Positions 1-8,861 of a stretch of 52,138 bases of DNA are shown here, piece after piece. How positions within the stretch are numbered: the stretch's first letter is position 1; every line of letters starts with the position of its first letter. The position numbers and the translations under genes were made by a program. The stretch spans positions 1 through 52,138 of the forward strand of contig JADFJT010000003.1 in the NCBI GenBank assembly GCA_022566015.1, in the 5' to 3' direction. A model generated the notes under the pieces. The model did no database searches, was not told the origin of the DNA, and saw nothing but the letters and a program-made list of their open reading frames with translations. This DNA comes from Pseudomonadota bacterium (GTDB lineage: Bacteria; Pseudomonadota; Gammaproteobacteria; GCA-001735895).

Positions 1-591
1 CATCAGCAGGCGCCAGCCGGATTCCTGAAGTGGGTCGTATTCGACCAGCCGTTCAGCAGATTCGATTGCAGCGTGATATTGTGATTCGGCAATCTGAAGT
101 TGGCTTAAACTGGACAGGGCTTCGACGATCAATCGACGCAATCGATCGCGTTCTTTGGCCAGCCACTCCTGGCAGGCTGAATCGCGAATGGCGATTCCTT
201 CCAGGAATTCACCCTGGTAGAGCTCGGCTGCCTTAGACAGGTTTTCCAGCGTCGGATCGTCCACCAGTTGCTCGAATTCATGGGCATCGACCTGAACTTG
301 GTCAGTGACGAGCCTGACCGTCGTGCGTTCGATTTGCAAGAGATCGGGCACTTCTGTTTTGCAAGCCTTCTTGATCGAGCTAAGCGATTGACGAAGCGAA
401 TTTCTGGCCTGGTCTTCACCGCGATCACTCCACAGTAGATTGATCAGCCGGTCTCGCGGATGACGAATGCCAGGTGCCAACGCCAGGTAGGCCAATAGTA
501 CTTCGGATTTACGTGTTGACAGGCTCAAAGGCTTTCCGGAGGGCAGTTTGCACTCCATTTGGCCAAATAATTTGAGCTTCAAAACTGGCAT
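1..591 (-). CDS. SARP-family (OmpR-like wHTH + BTAD) transcriptional regulator, N-terminal part; runs off the window edge
   Basis: Manual translation from ATG at 591 (RBS-like CAGGA upstream): MPVLKLKLFGQMECKLPSGKPLSLSTRKSEVLLAYLALAPGIRHPRDRLINLLWSDRGEDQARNSLRQSLS...LYQGEFLEG...EWLAKERDRL...DPLQESGWRLLM. These are typical SARP/BTAD motifs. The frame is open to base 1, so it is missing from the ORF track. Confidence 0.85.
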   Translation of the reverse strand, partial: MPVLKLKLFGQMECKLPSGKPLSLSTRKSEVLLAYLALAPGIRHPRDRLINLLWSDRGEDQARNSLRQSLSSIKKACKTEVPDLLQIERTTVRLVTDQVQVDAHEFEQLVDDPTLENLSKAAELYQGEFLEGIAIRDSACQEWLAKERDRLRRLIVEALSSLSQLQIAESQYHAAIESAERLVEYDPLQESGWRLLM

Positions 592-663
592 TTCGTCCTG
601 GAGTCAGTTTAATTCGGATTTATTTCAAGTATAAATCCATTTTATTTCAATAGCTTACAATAT

Positions 664-723
664 TTAATGATTTTTTAATGATTATTTTGTGGGATTTAAT
701 GTCATTGCGCAAGGAAATTAATG
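664..723 (+). promoter_or_regulatory. Four helically phased TTAATG direct repeats, probable SARP operator
   Basis: TTAATG at 664, 675, 696 and 718 (spacings 11, 21, 22 bp) in the divergent intergenic region next to the SARP gene. Confidence 0.5.
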
Positions 724-779
724 CTCGCTTGCGAGAATGCCTCCGTCGAAAACAAACAAACAGCAAAGAGGCACCTAAA

Positions 780-1004
780 ATGAGAAGAGTAAGAACCTAT
801 ATAAACACCTACGATAACGCGTTAGTGATGTTTACTGCTGGAGTTGAGCGGATCGTTAGAGATCACATGACACATCCATCAGCATACGACGACCAGGAAT
901 TGCGTGCAATGGAAAGAACGTCAAAAAAGCAGACTGTGCCTATTAGTCTTTTTGCTGTTCTTGCGCAGCAGCTATTTTGGGGAAAGACCGGTCATCAATC
1001 TTAA
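780..1004 (+). CDS. Small hypothetical protein (74 aa)
   Basis: ORF track 678..1004; better start is ATG 780 with AGAGG RBS; divergent from the SARP regulator; no recognisable family. Confidence 0.5.
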   Translation: MRRVRTYINTYDNALVMFTAGVERIVRDHMTHPSAYDDQELRAMERTSKKQTVPISLFAVLAQQLFWGKTGHQS

Positions 1005-1110
1005 ATAATCAGCCGAAAGCGACGAGTGCCAGCAATCGGGACTCGACGTGGACTTTACGAAAATGTTGTGTAATCTATGATGCGTTGAAATTAAGTAAAA
1101 TAATAATACC

Positions 1111-1713
1111 TTGAAGATTTTGATTTTTGTCCTGCTGGTGCTGATCGCTAGCGAGGGAATGGCGCATAGCTTTAAAATTGGATTCGTAGCCCCGATGTCG
1201 GGGCCGCAGGAAGATTCTGGGCGGCAGGCACTCGATGGCTTTATGCTCGCTACCACTGAAGAAGATGCGCATGCAGATGAAGATTCGGACGGCCATCTCG
1301 GTGGTCTTGATTCTTACGTCATTGAAATCGACAGTTCGGCAGGTGATGCAACGACCATCGAGCGGATTGAGAATTTGGTAAGAAGCGATAAACCGCTATT
1401 TGTGGCAGGCCTTTTTTCAATGGATTTGGCCATTCAAATTGTAGATATACTGAAAAAAAATGGAACTGTCCTGGTCAATTCGTTTGACAGTACGATGTGG
1501 CGGCGGGTAGCCGAAACGCCGGATCAGCTCACCACGTTTGGAGGAGGATCGTTTAATTCGGCGTTTAAGAAAGCTTATGGTTATGCCCCGAACGCAAACG
1601 TTCTCCAGGGATATATCGCAGCCCGAATGATAGCGTCGACGGTTCGATCCCTGCCGGAATCGCTACTTGAAGACCGTGACGAATTGGCACGAGCGCTTAG
1701 CTGGATTCAGTAA
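1111..1713 (+). CDS. Short periplasmic binding protein-like (branched-chain amino acid/LivJ type) secreted protein
   Basis: Signal peptide, then FKIGFVAPMSGP..G..ALDGFMLA...LGG typical of the LivJ-type N-terminus, and F..AFKKAYGYAPN...QGYIAA typical of the C-terminus. Only 200 aa. Confidence 0.55.
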   Translation: MKILIFVLLVLIASEGMAHSFKIGFVAPMSGPQEDSGRQALDGFMLATTEEDAHADEDSDGHLGGLDSYVIEIDSSAGDATTIERIENLVRSDKPLFVAGLFSMDLAIQIVDILKKNGTVLVNSFDSTMWRRVAETPDQLTTFGGGSFNSAFKKAYGYAPNANVLQGYIAARMIASTVRSLPESLLEDRDELARALSWIQ

Positions 1714-1731
1714 TAACGCTAGCGGGCTAAT

Positions 1732-2280
1732 ATGGACAAAGACGTTAGCCAGGAACTACTCGATGTTGTTGATGAAAACGATCAGATCGTGGACGTTAAA
1801 ACACGCGGCGAAATTCATAAACTGGGCTTAATGCATCGTGCTTCGCACATCCTGGTGTTTAATAGCCAGGGGAAATTATTTCTTCAAAAACGCTCGATGA
1901 ACAAGGATGAAAATCCGGGTCTGTGGGATACCTCGGCGGCTGGTCATGTCGATAGTGGGGAGGATTACCTCGCCTGCGCGGTACGCGAACTCGACGAGGA
2001 ACTGGGTATATCGGGCGAGGTCTCTCTGATACTTTTATTTCGAATACCGGCATCGTCGCAGACAGGGATGGAGCACTGCGCAATTTATGCCTGCCAATTC
2101 GATGGGCCACTGACATTACAGGCCGAAGAAATTGACGAGGGGCTATGGGTCAGTCCGGAAATGATGAGCCAACGGGTAAAAGATTCAGATCCAGGTCTGA
2201 CCGAAGGGGCGAAATTAATCTGGAAACTGTATTGCGGGCGGTACGGTACTTCATCCTGGATAGATACTTTATCGGAATAG
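1732..2280 (+). CDS. NUDIX hydrolase (YfcD/IPP-isomerase-like)
   Basis: ELLDVVDEND, HRASHILVFN, LQKRS..KD..PGLWD, and Nudix box GHVDSGEDYLACAVRELDEELG. Confidence 0.85.
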   Translation: MDKDVSQELLDVVDENDQIVDVKTRGEIHKLGLMHRASHILVFNSQGKLFLQKRSMNKDENPGLWDTSAAGHVDSGEDYLACAVRELDEELGISGEVSLILLFRIPASSQTGMEHCAIYACQFDGPLTLQAEEIDEGLWVSPEMMSQRVKDSDPGLTEGAKLIWKLYCGRYGTSSWIDTLSE

Positions 2281-2307
2281 ACCTGCTCTAAATTTTGGTG
2301 GCTCGTC

Positions 2308-3567
2308 CTACGCGCTTTGAATTTGAATCTTTATATTATCCTGTTTTGGACTGAGTTGTGAAACCCAGTGAGAATCCAGGTGAAACCATCGATTGGGAAT
2401 GAGTTTTCGGAAAAATTGAGAATGTAATGGCTTCTCGCCCTGCCTGACTTCAATCGTCGTTTTACCCAAAAATTCAGCCGTGCGGAAAGTGAAGTGGTTC
2501 AGGGGCAGTTGAGTGTTATATTCTGGAACAATGATGTTTGGCGAAATCCAGACGAGCGGCGTATTCACTTCTATCAGTATACGGTTGTTCGTTGGCCAGA
2601 AGTTTGTGGACAAATAACTGACGATACAATCAGCGACGTGTTTTCCTTCCAGCGCGGCGGTATCGGCTTTTTCTACGCCATGCAAAAGGTTGCCGGCGGC
2701 GAAGATGCCTTGCTTTGAAGTTCTCAGATTTTGGTCAATTTCGGGACCCTTGGTATATTTGTTTAGCGTGATATTTCCTTTTCTGGCCAGGTCATGATCT
2801 GGAATCCAGTCACCAGTGAATATAAGTGTGTCGCATTCAAGTTGTTTTTTTTCTCCGGTTTGGGTGGAGGTAATTTCAATCGCCTCTACTCGATTTATTC
2901 CGTGAATATAGGAGACTTTATAATTGGTTAACAAAGGCGTGCGATAATAGAACCGGGTGCCCCAGTAAAATGGCAAATAGGTTTGGTGCTGGCCGTGTTC
3001 GGTGATCATTGCTGCTACCTCGGTGCCGCTGCTACGCAGGGTGTGTAGCGCTGAATAGCTGACGTGTTCGGCGCCTACGACGATGGCTTTTTTCCCTATT
3101 TTTAGTTTTTTTAGGTAGATCAGTTGTTGTAATGAGCCGGTATTGTATATTCCGCAGGGACGACTTCCAGGGATGAGCTTGGCGGCACGTGGCCGTTCGC
3201 GGCAGCCGGTGGTCAGTAGTATGGCATTGGCGGTGATGTTTTTTAAACCATCTGGACTGGTGACCTGTAGCGAATGATCGTCGGTCCAGTGTTGCGCAGT
3301 GGTTTCGGTGGCGATTTCTACTCCTGCCTGTTCTGCTCGTCGCACATTTATTTGTGCATAGGATGGGCCGTTAAGAAGTCGACGCAGGTCGAACCAACCG
3401 AAGCCGGTGTGATAACAATGTCGGGGTATGCCGCCGGCCTGTGATTCTCTATCGACGACCAGCACTTTTTCTACACCTAGTTTTCGTAGTTGGGTGGCGG
3501 CGGCGAGACCAGCAGGACCGGCGCCGATGATTAATACGTCGGTGTTAATTTGTTGCGGCTGAATCAT
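2308..3567 (-). CDS. FAD/NAD(P)-dependent oxidoreductase (pyridine nucleotide-disulfide family)
   Basis: DVLIIGAGPAGLAAA, GGIPRHCYHTGFG, TGCRERPR, GIFAAGN. Start moved to ATG 3567, immediately after the upstream gene's stop. Confidence 0.85.
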   Translation of the reverse strand: MIQPQQINTDVLIIGAGPAGLAAATQLRKLGVEKVLVVDRESQAGGIPRHCYHTGFGWFDLRRLLNGPSYAQINVRRAEQAGVEIATETTAQHWTDDHSLQVTSPDGLKNITANAILLTTGCRERPRAAKLIPGSRPCGIYNTGSLQQLIYLKKLKIGKKAIVVGAEHVSYSALHTLRSSGTEVAAMITEHGQHQTYLPFYWGTRFYYRTPLLTNYKVSYIHGINRVEAIEITSTQTGEKKQLECDTLIFTGDWIPDHDLARKGNITLNKYTKGPEIDQNLRTSKQGIFAAGNLLHGVEKADTAALEGKHVADCIVSYLSTNFWPTNNRILIEVNTPLVWISPNIIVPEYNTQLPLNHFTFRTAEFLGKTTIEVRQGEKPLHSQFFRKLIPNRWFHLDSHWVSQLSPKQDNIKIQIQSA

Positions 3568-3568
3568 G

Positions 3569-4984
3569 TTATTGGTCCACGGCCAACAGTTCGTTTTGGG
3601 ACATAGGACCCCATTGCGCCATGATTTCAACCAGCTCGGCGGTACAATAAAATCCCTGGCAGCGGCCCTGTAAGCAGCGGGTGCGTCTGCGTAGGCCATC
3701 CAGATTGGGGGGAGGCAATGGGGAATTCATCGCGTCGATGATTTCGCCCCGGCTGACTTGTTCGCAGTGGCACAGGATTCTGCCGTAATCCGGGTTTTGT
3801 TTGATGCAGTCCGGGTTGTGGCTGACCTTCTTATATTGGTCTTCTCCGAGATAGGGCATGGCGATGGATTTGAATGCGTCTGTGGGTTGCAGTGTCAAAT
3901 CCGATGCGCGCAGTAGCTCCACGACGTATTCTGCGATACCCATGGACCCGGAGAGGCCGGTGGAACGAATACCGCCGACACACAGATAGCGTTGTTTTTC
4001 GTCCAGATGGATTTGATAATCTTCATGTTCGGTGGCGGCTCGTAAGCCGGAATAAGTGGCGGTGATTTCTTCTTGTTGTAGTGCTGGAAGAATTTGTCGT
4101 CCCATTTTTTGCAACAATAGGTAACCGTCCTGGGTGGTGGCGGTATCGTGCTTATTGGGCAGGTCTTCGGCGGTTGGGCCTAATAACAGATTGCCAAAAA
4201 CCGTGGGGGCCAGCATGACGCCTTTGGTGGTTTGTGTGGGGACAGGAAGAATAATGTGTGACAGCAGGGAACGGGATGCCTTGTCGTAAATGATGAGTTG
4301 TCCTCTCCGGGCGGTGACCCTGAATCGGTTGTGACCGAATAGTTGGTCAATTTTATCGGAGTAAAGTCCGGCAGCATTGATGACCCAGCTGGCGTTGATG
4401 GTTTTTTGTCGGCAAGTGAGTTGGGTGATATTATTTCCCCGGGTGATGCTTGTTACCGGGTGGTTAAATAGAAAATCCACACCATTGATTTTTGCCTGAG
4501 TGGCGAAGGCCAGGACCGGGGTGAATGGGCAGATAATACCTTCTTCTTTTATATTAAGACCACCCAATACGCCGGGACCAAGATGTGGTTCTATCTGGTA
4601 TATTTGTGCCGCTGTCAGCGGATGTAAGGTTTCGCCATTTTTCCGCGCATCTTCCTCCAGGGCAGGAAGTTTGCCCAGCTGTTCCTGATTCCAGGCAACC
4701 AGGATTCCACCGGTGTGCTCAATGGGGATACCCACTTCTAACGCGTAAGATTTTAGCCGTTTAATACTTCGTTTGAGCAGGCGGGCTTCCAGCGAACCCG
4801 GGGGTGCATCAAAACCAGTGTGGAACAGGGCGGTGTTGGCTTTGCTGGTGCCGGCGCCAACATCCGGGCCGGCTTCAATCAAAACGGTGTTGAGCCGATA
4901 TTGTGCCAGCTCTCTTGCGATGGCGGTACCGACCACACCACCGCCGATTATTGCGATATCATAGCCTGGTTGAGTCATTTCCAT
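3569..4984 (-). CDS. FAD-dependent oxidoreductase (GlpA/L-2-hydroxyglutarate oxidase-like) with C-terminal BFD-like [2Fe-2S] domain
   Basis: IIGGGVVG, GTSKANTA, GGIRSTGL; C-terminal CHCEQVSRGEI...RRTRCLQGRCQGFYC. Confidence 0.85.
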   Translation of the reverse strand: MEMTQPGYDIAIIGGGVVGTAIARELAQYRLNTVLIEAGPDVGAGTSKANTALFHTGFDAPPGSLEARLLKRSIKRLKSYALEVGIPIEHTGGILVAWNQEQLGKLPALEEDARKNGETLHPLTAAQIYQIEPHLGPGVLGGLNIKEEGIICPFTPVLAFATQAKINGVDFLFNHPVTSITRGNNITQLTCRQKTINASWVINAAGLYSDKIDQLFGHNRFRVTARRGQLIIYDKASRSLLSHIILPVPTQTTKGVMLAPTVFGNLLLGPTAEDLPNKHDTATTQDGYLLLQKMGRQILPALQQEEITATYSGLRAATEHEDYQIHLDEKQRYLCVGGIRSTGLSGSMGIAEYVVELLRASDLTLQPTDAFKSIAMPYLGEDQYKKVSHNPDCIKQNPDYGRILCHCEQVSRGEIIDAMNSPLPPPNLDGLRRRTRCLQGRCQGFYCTAELVEIMAQWGPMSQNELLAVDQ

Positions 4985-5296
4985 TATTTACCAAATCACT
5001 ATTGCCCAGTGTTTCTGATTGGCGATTTTCTCTAGCTTCGAGTTGGCTCATGCGCAGTCATTAGATAATTTAAATGCAATGTTACTTTTTTGCTAAACGC
5101 AGTCAAACGATAGTCTTTACGCTTATCATGTCAAAATAAAAAATAACCATCGAATTTCTCGATCGACACTGAAGTAAAAGTGCAAATTGTTATGGCTACA
5201 GCGATGAATCGCTTAAATCACATTGGGAAAGTAGCGTGATTCAGGATGGTGTCCTGAACTCGATGTTATCTCGAATCTGGAATGCAGGACAAATAT

Positions 5297-6073
5297 CTAG
5301 CTAGCTTTAATAGCGGTAAACAACCCCCACCGATGATCGCCCGAGCCAGCCCTGTCAAGCTTCCCACGCCAGCTTTGTGCCAATTTTAATCGAATTGGTT
5401 CCGCTAAATCCAGGCCACTAATTTTACTCAATTCAGTCTGCAATATAACGATGAATCTATCAGTCAAATCCTGATGATCCACCTGCGTCAAACCAGCCCT
5501 GGAAATCAGCTTCACGTATTCGGGAAATGTATGCAAAAAATAATCCCGATCTTTAACATACTCGGAAAACTCGTCCGTCCAGCGTTTTTCACCGCAACAA
5601 TAGTCGGTAAACAACAATTTTCCACCGGGTTTTAGCAATGAGTTTAGCACTGAAAATAAGCGTGATTTGTCGGTAATATGCAAAAACACATCGCGGCTAT
5701 AAATTGCATCGTAGTACTCCGAACGATCCATTTCCAGACAGTCACCTTGTTCAAATTTAACGCATTTGGCTAATTGGTAGCCAGACAATTTTTTCCCCGC
5801 CAGTGCAAGCATATTTTTGGACAGGTCAATGCCATCGACAATCAATCCAAATTCGCGCGCCATCACAAATGCGCTACCGCCCAAACCGCAACCCACATCG
5901 AGCACCCGTGAACCGCGCTCAAGTTTCATTTTTCCAATCAGCTCCACTGCCATTTCATACCCACCAGGGCTGACAAAATCCTCGCCAAATACCGATTCAT
6001 ATTGTCGAATCGAAGCGGTTGAATATTGTGTCGAATCGAGGGCTTCCTGAGTAATTTCCCCTGACTGATTCAT
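5297..6073 (-). CDS. SAM-dependent phosphobase (phosphoethanolamine-type) N-methyltransferase
   Basis: QYS...YESVFGEDFVSPGG, VLDVGCGLGG, YDAIYSRDVFLHI, TDYCCG, EYVKDRDY and W.GK all match the plant PEAMT/Plasmodium PMT signature segments. Confidence 0.8.
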   Translation of the reverse strand: MNQSGEITQEALDSTQYSTASIRQYESVFGEDFVSPGGYEMAVELIGKMKLERGSRVLDVGCGLGGSAFVMAREFGLIVDGIDLSKNMLALAGKKLSGYQLAKCVKFEQGDCLEMDRSEYYDAIYSRDVFLHITDKSRLFSVLNSLLKPGGKLLFTDYCCGEKRWTDEFSEYVKDRDYFLHTFPEYVKLISRAGLTQVDHQDLTDRFIVILQTELSKISGLDLAEPIRLKLAQSWRGKLDRAGSGDHRWGLFTAIKAS

Positions 6074-6562
6074 CGAGGCCCCTGACTGATTGGTTCGAGA
6101 TGCTGAGGATAATTGTCACTCACCATCCATTTTCGGCAAGGCTCGTAACGGCCCGAGTATTGCAATTTATTCGAATACTTACCGGTCGGATTTTTTAATC
6201 TAAAACGGGTGAGATCGCCAGCATAGGTGATCGGTATGCTTTCCATAGTGAGTAGGTTACCCATCGATGCCATCGATATCGCTTTTAATTAATGACTTTT
6301 TACTAATACAGATATCGGGTAGCATAGTCGACCAGGGCCAGAAGGAACAGATACGAAATACTAATTCGGACTAGTTCATCGGCGATAGCGGGAATATCAT
6401 CGATAAAATTGGTTAAATTGTGATTCGTTTTACTTGTTTTAGACCGTGTCTGAGCGGTATGATGTCGTCTGGATAAAATCTTTATTTTTACCCAGTCAAA
6501 AATAATTACCTACTGGCTAGATTATTAATCGACGCCCACTAAACCTCTGGAGGAGAAGCAAC

Positions 6563-7600
6563 ATGATAACAAGAATATTCAAGAAGAGCGCATTGATAAC
6601 CTGCATTGCTGCGATATCAATGTTCGCATTTACTAACCCTGCATTCGCGGTTGATCTGACCGTATACACTGCTATTGAGGCAGAAGATCTTAAGCGTTAT
6701 GCAGAAACTTTTAACAAAGAGCACCCTGATATCAAAATCAAATGGGTGAGAGACTCTACAGGGATAGTTACCGCCAAGCTACTCGCGGAAAAAAATAACC
6801 CGCAAGCCGATGTTATCTGGGGAATTGCAGCAACATCCTTGCTGATAATGAAAGCTGAAGGGATGTTTGTAGCTTACGAGCCAAAGGGCCTTGAAAACCT
6901 GGACCCGAAATTTTATGACACTGACTCACCGCCCAGCTGGGTTGGTATGGATGCGTGGGTGGCAGCGATATGCTACAACACTATCGAAGCTGCTAAATAT
7001 AATCTGTCTCCGCCAAAAACCTGGTGGGACCTCACTAAAGCAATGTACAAGGGTCATGTGATCATGCCGAACCCGAATTCATCCGGAACCGGCTTTCTCG
7101 ATGTCTCCAGCTGGTTACAAATGTTTGGTGAAACCGGCGGTTGGGCCTATATGGATGCGCTGCATGAAAATATCGCGCGTTATACTCACTCGGGTTCCAA
7201 GCCCTGCAAACTGGCAGCCGCAGGGGAAATCCCAGTCGGCGTATCCTTTGCGTTTCGCGGTGCGAAATCAAAAGCCAAGGGTGCACCCATTGATATCATC
7301 ATTCCACGTGAGGGTATAGGCTGGGACATGGAAGCTTCTGCCATTATTGCCGGCACTGATAAACTGGATGCTGCGAAAAAGCTCATGGACTGGTCCATTA
7401 CCAAAACTGCCATGGAAATGTATAACACAGCTTATGCCGTAGTTGCGTATAAAGGCCTCGCAAAACCAGTGAAGTATTTCCCACCCGAAACGCTTTCCAG
7501 GTTGATTGACAATGATTTCGACTTTGCAGCCAATAACAGAAAACGAATTCTGGCCGAATGGCAAAAACGCTACGATTCAAAGTCTGATCCGAAGAATTAG
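6563..7600 (+). CDS. Putative 2-aminoethylphosphonate ABC transporter substrate-binding protein
   Basis: Signal peptide; LTVYTAIE, WVRDSTGIVTAKLLAEKNNPQAD, MPNPNSSGTG, YTHSGSKPC, R.RILAEWQKRY, all typical of the PhnS2 family. GGAG RBS. Confidence 0.85.
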   Translation: MITRIFKKSALITCIAAISMFAFTNPAFAVDLTVYTAIEAEDLKRYAETFNKEHPDIKIKWVRDSTGIVTAKLLAEKNNPQADVIWGIAATSLLIMKAEGMFVAYEPKGLENLDPKFYDTDSPPSWVGMDAWVAAICYNTIEAAKYNLSPPKTWWDLTKAMYKGHVIMPNPNSSGTGFLDVSSWLQMFGETGGWAYMDALHENIARYTHSGSKPCKLAAAGEIPVGVSFAFRGAKSKAKGAPIDIIIPREGIGWDMEASAIIAGTDKLDAAKKLMDWSITKTAMEMYNTAYAVVAYKGLAKPVKYFPPETLSRLIDNDFDFAANNRKRILAEWQKRYDSKSDPKN

Positions 7601-7619
7601 CATTGCGATTTGAGTAGGC

Positions 7620-7652
7620 TACGGCCTGATCGATGTCCAGGATCAGGCCGTA
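7620..7652 (+). other. Intercistronic 12-bp-stem hairpin after the SBP gene (mRNA stabiliser or partial terminator)
   Basis: TACGGCCTGATC-N9-GATCAGGCCGTA. Confidence 0.55.
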
Positions 7653-7715
7653 CCATTTCTGGCAGCTTACCAACTACACCCGCACCCATTCCCATCACCA
7701 AAATTACTATTCGAT

Positions 7716-8861
7716 ATGAGTGAACAGCAAGCGGTCAATACCGAGAATGCTAAGCCTTATCTTCAGATAGACCGGTTGACTAAAAAATTCGGCGATTTTA
7801 TTGCGCTGGACCAGGTATCACTCGATGTATTTGAAGGCGAATTCATTTTCTTTCTGGGGCCTTCGGGTTGCGGAAAGACAACATTTCTCCGAGCCCTGGC
7901 CGGTCTTGATATTCAAACCTCCGGAACGGTGCGGCAGGCTGGTATCGACATTTCGGCATTACCGCCATCGGAACGAGACTTTGGTATCGTGTTCCAGTCT
8001 TATGCGTTATTTCCAAACCTGACCTCTGAAAGAAATATCGCATTTGGCCTCGAAAATCAAAAGTTCAGTAAGGCCGATGTCGCCAAACGAGTATCCGAGC
8101 TGCTGGAACTGGTGGGGCTTCCAGAACAGGGTAAAAAGTATCCGGCACAACTGTCGGGTGGCCAGCAGCAACGCATTGCCCTTGCCAGGGCACTGGCAAC
8201 TTCACCGGGCCTGTTATTGCTCGATGAACCCCTATCCGCACTCGACGCGAAGGTACGCACCCATTTACGCCATGAAATGAAAGCGCTTCAGAGGCGGTTG
8301 GGCGTCACCACCGTGATGGTTACACACGATCAGGAAGAGGCGTTGGCGATGGCCGATCGTATCGTTGTCATGAATCAGGGCGTCATAGAGCAAATTGGCA
8401 CACCGACAGAAATTTATCGTGATCCCAGCACCTTGTTTGTCGCCGATTTTATCGGTGAGATGAATCAATTCAAAGGAAAGGCTGGCAGCAAGAATACTGT
8501 CACAATCGGTGATGTTACATTCGCTTCACAGGAACACGACATGCAACAGCATACACCTGTGATCGTTGCGATTCGCCCCGAGGACATAGTGCCCCATGGT
8601 GAAGGTGCAAGTTCTCAGAGAGCTACCGAATCGGGTTCTACTACGGAGAATATATTCGATGCCACAGTCGAAAATATGGAATTTTTGGGTTCATTCTGGC
8701 GGGTTTCGCTAAACACCACCTTTATTGGCGATTCGCAGATGGTTGTCGACATGTCGATAAATGCGGTTCGACACATGGATGTTGCGATTGGTCATTCAAT
8801 TACCGTAGAGTTTCAGTCAGATCGGCTACGGGTATTCCCGGCCGACACTCATACTGTTTGA
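7716..8861 (+). CDS. Putative 2-aminoethylphosphonate ABC transporter ATP-binding protein
   Basis: GPSGCGKT, LSGGQQQR, LLLLDEP, C-terminal TOBE-like region; operonic with the SBP. Confidence 0.85.
   Translation: MSEQQAVNTENAKPYLQIDRLTKKFGDFIALDQVSLDVFEGEFIFFLGPSGCGKTTFLRALAGLDIQTSGTVRQAGIDISALPPSERDFGIVFQSYALFPNLTSERNIAFGLENQKFSKADVAKRVSELLELVGLPEQGKKYPAQLSGGQQQRIALARALATSPGLLLLDEPLSALDAKVRTHLRHEMKALQRRLGVTTVMVTHDQEEALAMADRIVVMNQGVIEQIGTPTEIYRDPSTLFVADFIGEMNQFKGKAGSKNTVTIGDVTFASQEHDMQQHTPVIVAIRPEDIVPHGEGASSQRATESGSTTENIFDATVENMEFLGSFWRVSLNTTFIGDSQMVVDMSINAVRHMDVAIGHSITVEFQSDRLRVFPADTHTV

Noticed and set aside
30-428. ORF-track entries 30..236 (+) and 129..428 (-)
   Set aside because: They overlap the real SARP reading frame (591 to <1) in other frames.
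6070-6273. 67-aa ORF overlapping the methyltransferase start (ATGA)
   Set aside because: No recognisable motif or convincing RBS; cannot be supported as a gene, though a leader peptide or remnant is not excluded.
6360-6530. Pho box or PhnR/PhnF operator upstream of the AEP transporter
   Set aside because: Only weak partial palindromes (e.g. GGACTAGTTC); no tandem CTGTCAT-like 11-bp repeats seen.
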